Shown: piece after piece, positions 8,366 to 12,841 of the stretch | How the letters are laid out: every line of letters starts with the position of its first letter | Numbering within the stretch: position 1 is the first letter of the stretch | Assembly (NCBI GenBank): GCA_029564175.1 | Contig: JAKQQL010000077.1 | Location: forward strand, 1-12,841 | Length of the DNA: 12,841 nt | Direction of reading: 5' to 3' | Source: Candidatus Cloacimonadota bacterium | GTDB taxonomy: Bacteria; Cloacimonadota; Cloacimonadia; Cloacimonadales; WRIO01 | Program-made: the position numbers and the translations under genes | Notes under the pieces: generated by a model | Database searches by the model: none | Told to the model about the DNA's origin: nothing | What the model saw: only the letters and a program-made list of their open reading frames with translations

Positions 8366-8821
8366 TTATCTGTTATTATCTGAAGCAAACCACTCTGCAT
8401 ACGATTTTGAAGTTTCATATAACTTCAGGCTATGTAATCTAACACCCCGGGGTAATTCACCAGACAGCCTTCCGACAAAATCAGTTATAAGATTCTCACA
8501 TGTAGGTTGATACTCAACAATTAATGTATTGCCAAAAGTTGTTTTGAGCATCTCTGTTTTTTCTTTCTGAAAATCCTTACTAATTACAACTGAATGGTCG
8601 AACAAACTGATAATTTTTCTATTTACAATCTCATTCAGATCTGTAAAATCAATCACCATCCCATTTTTCGGATTATCCGTATCTTTTAACGGAATTCCTG
8701 AAACTGTTACAAATAATCTGTATGAATGTCCATGCACATTTTTACAGGGACCATCATAACTGCCCAGTACATGAGCCATTTCAAATGAAAATTCCCTTGT
8801 TACCCTAATTATATGATCCAT
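8366..8821 (-). CDS. queD: 6-carboxytetrahydropterin synthase (PTPS/QueD family)
   Basis: 'FEMAHVL..YDGPCKNVHGHSY' (Cx3HGH motif), 'GMVIDF', 'FDHS', 'PTCENL', 'LYET'. 151 aa. Confidence 0.92.
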   Translation of the reverse strand: MDHIIRVTREFSFEMAHVLGSYDGPCKNVHGHSYRLFVTVSGIPLKDTDNPKNGMVIDFTDLNEIVNRKIISLFDHSVVISKDFQKEKTEMLKTTFGNTLIVEYQPTCENLITDFVGRLSGELPRGVRLHSLKLYETSKSYAEWFASDNNR

Positions 8822-8843
8822 TATTTTAATTCCGGTTTTTAGT

Positions 8844-8877
8844 TCAAATTAAGACATTCTGTCGGACTAATTTCAAA
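8844..8877 (-). promoter_or_regulatory. Candidate sigmaA promoter for queD-polA
   Basis: Minus strand: TTTG (8877-8874), then 21-22 nt later TTAATTTGA (8852-8844), an imperfect TAnnTTTG box about 22 nt before the queD ATG. Confidence 0.4.
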
Positions 8878-8946
8878 AGAATATATATCCGGCAAATGAA
8901 CAAAACAATATAATAAATGTTTCTGAATGAGTTATAATTAATTCAT

Positions 8947-8954
8947 TACCTTTG
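8947..8954 (+). promoter_or_regulatory. Bacteroidota sigmaA -7 box for the acyl-CoA synthetase gene
   Basis: Exact TACCTTTG(CA) 25 nt upstream of the ATG at 8980, with a degenerate -33 box (TCTG, 8922-8925) 21 nt upstream. Confidence 0.7.
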
Positions 8955-8979
8955 CAGACTAATTTTTACCAAGCCATAT

Positions 8980-10626
8980 ATGGACGAAAATACACCCAAA
9001 CTGACTTTTCCTTCTTTATTTAATTCAACTTTAAGCAGGTGTGAAAATTCACCTTCATATGCTTTCGTTGGTGAAGAACCTATTACATACAGAACTGCTG
9101 CTCAAAGAATAAGTTCTGTTACCGCCTTTCTTGAACAGGCAGGTATACTTCCCGGCGACAGGGTGGCAATACTAAGTGCAAATATGCCAAACTGGGCAAT
9201 AACATATTTTGGAATTACTTTTATGGGAGCTGTTGTAGTTCCGATTTTGCCAAATTTTTCTCCGATTGAAATTGCTAATATCCTTGAGCATTCTGAATCT
9301 AAAGCGGTATTTGTCTCTTCCGGACTTATCAGTAAAATTTCTGAATTTAAATCTTCCTTCCTTACGACACGTATACAGATGGAAGATTTTACTGTAATAA
9401 AATCTGACAAGCCTTCTCTTGAATTTATGCCGGGTTCATTACCAATGCAGGTTTATAATGTTGAAGAAGACAGTATTGCTTCGATAATTTATACCTCTGG
9501 AACAACAGGGAGATCGAAAGGAGTAATGCTTACTCATAAAAATATTTCATTTAACGCTATAAAAGGAAGGCGCATTCAATATCTTGATGAGAATGACAGG
9601 ATCCTTTCAGTTTTACCCTTATCCCATACTTATGAAAACACCCTGGGATTAATTTTACCGATGCTTTCAGGATCGTGCGTATATTATTTGCGTAAACCCC
9701 CTACTCCCGCAGTTCTTATTCCGGCACTGGAAATAGTAAAGCCTACGGCTATGCTCACTGTTCCATTGATAATTGAAAAAATATACTTCAATAAGATACT
9801 TCCCACATTCAATGAAAAAATGATTCTAAAGTTTCTTTATAAGATCAGTTTTATAAGAAAGCTTATGAATAGAGTGGCAGGTAAAAAACTAATGAAAACA
9901 TTCGGAGGGCAGATAAAATTCTTCGGAATAGGCGGGGCAAAACTTAACAGTACTGTGGAGAAGTTCCTCCGCGAGGCAAAATTCCCGTATGCGATTGGTT
10001 ATGGACTAACAGAAACATCTCCTCTTATTGCCGGTGCAAATCCCAGTAAAACTGTTTTTGAATCAACTGGCCCGGCAATAGAAGATATTGAAGTAAAGAT
10101 CAACAACCCTGATCCAAAAACCGGGGAAGGAGAGATCTGGGCCCGTGGCGCAAGTATTATGAAAGGCTATTACAAGGAACCTGAAATGACAGTCCAGGTA
10201 CTTACCTCCGATGGCTGGTTTAAAACCGGAGATCTTGGCATTATGGACAAAAGGAATTATCTATTCATTAAAGGAAGACTGAAAAATATGATTGTCGGAG
10301 CCAGCGGAGAGAATATTTATCCGGAAGAAATTGAATCAATAATCAACAATTTCAAATTTGTTATTGAATCTCTTGTAATTCAGCAAAAAGGCAAACTTGT
10401 GGCCCTTGTACATTTCAATATGGAAGAAATCGAAAAGAAATACCAGGTTTTCAAACAGGATATGACAGACAAGCTTGAGGATAAAAAGAAGGAATTACTT
10501 GAAGAACTTAAGGAATATGTAAATACTCATGTGAGCAAATTCAGTCAGATTTATCGTGTTGAAATTCAGACTTCTCCATTCCAAAAAACAGCAACTCTTA
10601 AAATAAAAAGATTTCTTTATACATAA
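8980..10626 (+). CDS. Long-chain-fatty-acid--CoA ligase-like AMP-binding enzyme (FadD-like)
   Basis: AMP-binding loop 'IIYTSGTTGRSKGVMLTH', 'LPLSHTYE', 'GYGLTETSP', 'GWFKTGDLG', 'GRLKNMIV...GENIYPEEIE', C-terminal 'KTATLKIKR'. Confidence 0.92.
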   Translation: MDENTPKLTFPSLFNSTLSRCENSPSYAFVGEEPITYRTAAQRISSVTAFLEQAGILPGDRVAILSANMPNWAITYFGITFMGAVVVPILPNFSPIEIANILEHSESKAVFVSSGLISKISEFKSSFLTTRIQMEDFTVIKSDKPSLEFMPGSLPMQVYNVEEDSIASIIYTSGTTGRSKGVMLTHKNISFNAIKGRRIQYLDENDRILSVLPLSHTYENTLGLILPMLSGSCVYYLRKPPTPAVLIPALEIVKPTAMLTVPLIIEKIYFNKILPTFNEKMILKFLYKISFIRKLMNRVAGKKLMKTFGGQIKFFGIGGAKLNSTVEKFLREAKFPYAIGYGLTETSPLIAGANPSKTVFESTGPAIEDIEVKINNPDPKTGEGEIWARGASIMKGYYKEPEMTVQVLTSDGWFKTGDLGIMDKRNYLFIKGRLKNMIVGASGENIYPEEIESIINNFKFVIESLVIQQKGKLVALVHFNMEEIEKKYQVFKQDMTDKLEDKKKELLEELKEYVNTHVSKFSQIYRVEIQTSPFQKTATLKIKRFLYT

Positions 10627-10630
10627 AAAT

Positions 10631-10656
10631 GTGGGGTATTGAATTCAACACCCCAC
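10631..10656 (-). terminator. Intrinsic terminator for the SOD gene, between convergent genes
   Basis: GTGGGGTATTGAA|TTCAACACCCCAC pairs at 12 of 13 positions. The one mismatch is a G-U wobble on the minus-strand RNA, which continues AUUUUUAU. There is no U-tract on the plus strand. Confidence 0.75.
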
Positions 10657-10678
10657 CCCTGCTTTAATAGCCTGGCTT

Positions 10679-11404
10679 TTATTTCATAGCCTGTTTATAT
10701 CTTCTGCTTACTTCATCCCAGTTTATTATATTCCAGATATTATCTACATAATCGGCTCTCTTGTTTTGGAATTTAAGGTAATAGGCATGCTCCCATACGT
10801 CAATTGTAAGAAGAGGCATTCCCTTTATGGGTGATATATCCATTAAAGGATTATCCTGGTTCGGTGTACTTCCTATCGCCAGATTCTTATCCGCAGTCAG
10901 GTAAAGCCAGCCCCAGCCACTTCCAAACTGTGTTTTGCATGCTGTGCTGAGATCATCCTTCAGCTTATCAAAAGAACCAAAGGTCGTATCAATAGCACTT
11001 GTCAATTCAGCAGATGGTTTGGAGGAACCTTTTCCAAGATTGTCCCAGAAAAGCACATGATTAAAAAATCCTCCTCCGTTGTTTCTAACAGCATTTCCGG
11101 CTTTTGAAATTTCTCCAAAAACTTTTTCTATAGGCATATTTTCATATGCCGTACCTTTAATTGCATTTACATAGTTATTAAAATAAGTCCTGTGATGCCT
11201 GTCATAATGGATCTCTACAGTTTTTGCATCCATATAAGGCTCCAATCCGTCATAGGCATATGGTAATGACGGGAGTTCAAGGGTTTGTAAATTACTCATT
11301 GTTATACTTTTTAAATTATTTCCTTTACATGAACTGGCTTCGCTGAAAAGTATTGTAGCTGCGGCTCCGAGTCCAATATTTTTAATAAAATTTCTCCGTT
11401 TCAT
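10679..11404 (-). CDS. sod: Fe/Mn superoxide dismutase (Mn-type signature) with N-terminal twin-arginine signal peptide
   Basis: 'LPSLPYAYDGLEP', ligand regions 'IHYDRHH', 'NNGGGFFNH' and 'DVWEHAYY', plus 'FGSGWGWL' and 'PNQDNP'. 35-aa leader MKRRNFIKNIGLGAAATILFSEASSC... Confidence 0.95.
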   Translation of the reverse strand: MKRRNFIKNIGLGAAATILFSEASSCKGNNLKSITMSNLQTLELPSLPYAYDGLEPYMDAKTVEIHYDRHHRTYFNNYVNAIKGTAYENMPIEKVFGEISKAGNAVRNNGGGFFNHVLFWDNLGKGSSKPSAELTSAIDTTFGSFDKLKDDLSTACKTQFGSGWGWLYLTADKNLAIGSTPNQDNPLMDISPIKGMPLLTIDVWEHAYYLKFQNKRADYVDNIWNIINWDEVSRRYKQAMK

Positions 11405-11429
11405 ATATAATATATATTATTAGAAGTTT

Positions 11430-11454
11430 AACAAATCTTCGTATAATATGTTCA
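11430..11454 (-). promoter_or_regulatory. Candidate ECF-sigma-type promoter for sod
   Basis: Minus strand TGAAC-N16-TGTT, ending 25 nt upstream of the ATG at 11404. It fits the generic ECF AAC...(C/T)GT geometry. Confidence 0.45.
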
Positions 11455-11629
11455 TTAATGATAAACTTTTTATAAATGTACATGAAAAATCCCGATTAAC
11501 ACACAGACATGACTTAATGTTCAGCATATTTTGTCTAAACCAAACTCACAGGAGAAACTCGCAAACCAAAAGGTAATATTATTTGGAAAGGATTTATAGG
11601 AGATATTTATTGAAAAAACTATTGCACGA

Positions 11630-11655
11630 TGCAACTTTATATATCGTTTTCCGTT
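11630..11655 (+). promoter_or_regulatory. Candidate ECF-sigma-type promoter for the lipoprotein gene
   Basis: TGCAAC-N16-CGTT, ending 26 nt upstream of the ATG at 11682. Confidence 0.55.
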
Positions 11656-11681
11656 ATAAAATAACTAATAAAATTCAACAT

Positions 11682-12509
11682 ATGAAAAAGATTGTCGTTT
11701 TTTTGTCTTTGGGAATCATTTTATCTTGTTCATTAACAAGTTGTAAAAAAGATAAAGGTGATCCACCTGTTCTTCCTCCAATTGAATCATTTAATATCGA
11801 TTTTTCAAATTTTGAATCGGGAAAAAAATCTGCTGACATATTACTACCGAAGGGTATAGAAAATATCAATTGGCAGTTTACAGCTGGTGTTGCCGGATGT
11901 TTCCAGGCTTTAATTGTAACTACTCTTGCAGTACCTATCACGGCTTTTGAAAATGCTATTGATCAAAAACCAACATACTTAAGGGAAAAAACATGGCAGT
12001 GGAGTTATAATGTTACTTTTTTGTCTGTTACTTATAAAGCAAGGCTTACAGGAGAAATCAGAAACACTGATGTGAAATGGGAAATGTACATTACAAGGGA
12101 AGGTTCCGGGGGTTTTGCCGAATTCCTTTGGTTCGAAGGTACTTCAAAGATTGATGGGACTGAAGGTCAATGGATTCTGAATCACAGTTCCCAATTCAAG
12201 GAACCTTTACTAAAAATTGACTGGACAATGAGCGGGAATTCTGTGAATTATATTAAATATACATACGAAAGATCTCTCGATAATGACAAAAATACTGATC
12301 CTAATAAATCAAGTTACATTGAATATGGCAAGGTTTCCGGAACATTGGATTCCTATTATAAAATCAAATACTATAATACTCTTAAATTTTCGGAACTAAA
12401 TGTTGAATGGAGTTCAACATTCAGGAATGGCCGGGTTAAGTGTTTTGATTTCTTCGGAAACCTAGAATGGCATTGTTGGGATGGAAATTATATCAACGTA
12501 GATTGTTAA
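11682..12509 (+). CDS. Uncharacterised lipoprotein (about 275 aa)
   Basis: MKKIVVFLSLGIILSCSLTS-CKKDKGD is a type II signal peptide with lipobox LTSC. ATG 11682 has an A-rich leader and is preferred to TTG 11583. The mature part is rich in Trp/Tyr with alternating beta-strand-like patterns. I recognise no family. Confidence 0.8.
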   Translation: MKKIVVFLSLGIILSCSLTSCKKDKGDPPVLPPIESFNIDFSNFESGKKSADILLPKGIENINWQFTAGVAGCFQALIVTTLAVPITAFENAIDQKPTYLREKTWQWSYNVTFLSVTYKARLTGEIRNTDVKWEMYITREGSGGFAEFLWFEGTSKIDGTEGQWILNHSSQFKEPLLKIDWTMSGNSVNYIKYTYERSLDNDKNTDPNKSSYIEYGKVSGTLDSYYKIKYYNTLKFSELNVEWSSTFRNGRVKCFDFFGNLEWHCWDGNYINVDC

Positions 12510-12583
12510 GAACTAACTGGTTTTTAATATTCCGGTTTAATTAAACTTTTTTTTACTATTTTGCTCCACTTAAACCGAGAACA

Positions 12584-12841
12584 ATGTCAGTGGGGAAAAA
12601 GGCTTTATTGTTAATCTTTTGCATTCTGATCACCGACCAAGTCTTAAAGATATGGGTTAAGACGCACATGATAATTGGAGAAGAAATCCCTCTTATTGGC
12701 AATTGGTGCATGCTGCATTTTATTGAAAATAATGGTATGGCATTTGGCATGGAAATGGGCGGCAAGACAGGAAAGATCCTCTTAAGCCTTTTTAGGATAT
12801 TTGCAATTATTGCAATATCCTGGTTTCTTTATTCACTTATC
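12584..12841 (+). CDS. lspA: Lipoprotein signal peptidase II, N-terminal part (3'-truncated by window edge; not in the ORF track)
   Basis: Manual translation gives MSVGKKALLLIFCILITDQVLKIWVKTHMIIGEEIPLIGNWCMLHFIENNGMAFGMEMGGKTGKILLSLFRIFAIIAISWFLYSLI. It has the LspA motifs 'DQxxK' and 'NxGxAF' and the Bacteroidota-type 'LSLFR'. Confidence 0.93.
   Translation, partial: MSVGKKALLLIFCILITDQVLKIWVKTHMIIGEEIPLIGNWCMLHFIENNGMAFGMEMGGKTGKILLSLFRIFAIIAISWFLYSLI

Noticed and set aside
6527..8510. Plus-strand ORFs 6527-6871, 7245-7454, 7613-7939 and 8316-8510
   Set aside because: Antisense to polA or queD; typical shadow ORFs.
8822..8900. preQ1 riboswitch upstream of queD
   Set aside because: No stem-loop plus A-rich tail of the preQ1-I pattern, and the candidate promoter leaves only about 20 nt of leader.
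9102..9410. Minus-strand 102-aa ORF
   Set aside because: Antisense shadow of the acyl-CoA synthetase.
11407..11420. Palindrome ATAATATATATTAT just upstream of sod as a Fur/PerR box
   Set aside because: It is a real 14-bp palindrome but AT-only and low complexity. The ATAAT/ATTAT half-sites are 4 nt apart rather than the 1 nt of the 7-1-7 Fur/Per boxes.
11448..11576. 42-codon ORF (MFINDKLF...QTKR) in the sod-lipoprotein intergenic region
   Set aside because: No recognisable features, it overlaps the candidate sod promoter, and its length is compatible with chance.
11675..12765. Minus-strand ORFs 11675-11941 and 12556-12765
   Set aside because: Antisense to the lipoprotein gene and to lspA, which have clear motif support on the plus strand.

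Overview
AT-rich bacterial chromosome segment, most likely from a Bacteroidota (Bacteroidales-like) organism. The evidence is the DUF4271-hemD-rnpA gene order, TAnnTTTG-type promoter boxes, A-rich starts without Shine-Dalgarno sequences, and a Cys-Lys-Lys-Asp lipoprotein N-terminus. Content is mostly housekeeping. On the + strand: the 3' end of a phytoene-dehydrogenase-like FAD oxidoreductase, deoC, a DUF4271-like membrane protein, hemD, rnpA and an S41 C-terminal protease. These converge on a minus-strand queD-polA pair. Then come a long-chain acyl-CoA synthetase (+), an Fe/Mn superoxide dismutase with a twin-arginine leader (-), an uncharacterised lipoprotein (+) and the 5' part of lspA (+, not in the supplied ORF track). 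I saw no mobile element, CRISPR array, tRNA or rRNA, and I cannot support a clearly new multi-gene system. The best leads are: a Tat/lipoprotein-type SOD with a second in-frame start, divergent from an unknown lipoprotein behind mirror-image ECF-like promoters; a perfect 40-bp spacerless palindrome; a promoter box encoded in the DUF4271 'LYLC' motif; a Gly-to-Lys change in the DeoC phosphate loop; and queD coupled to polA. All family assignments come from motif recognition, not database searches.
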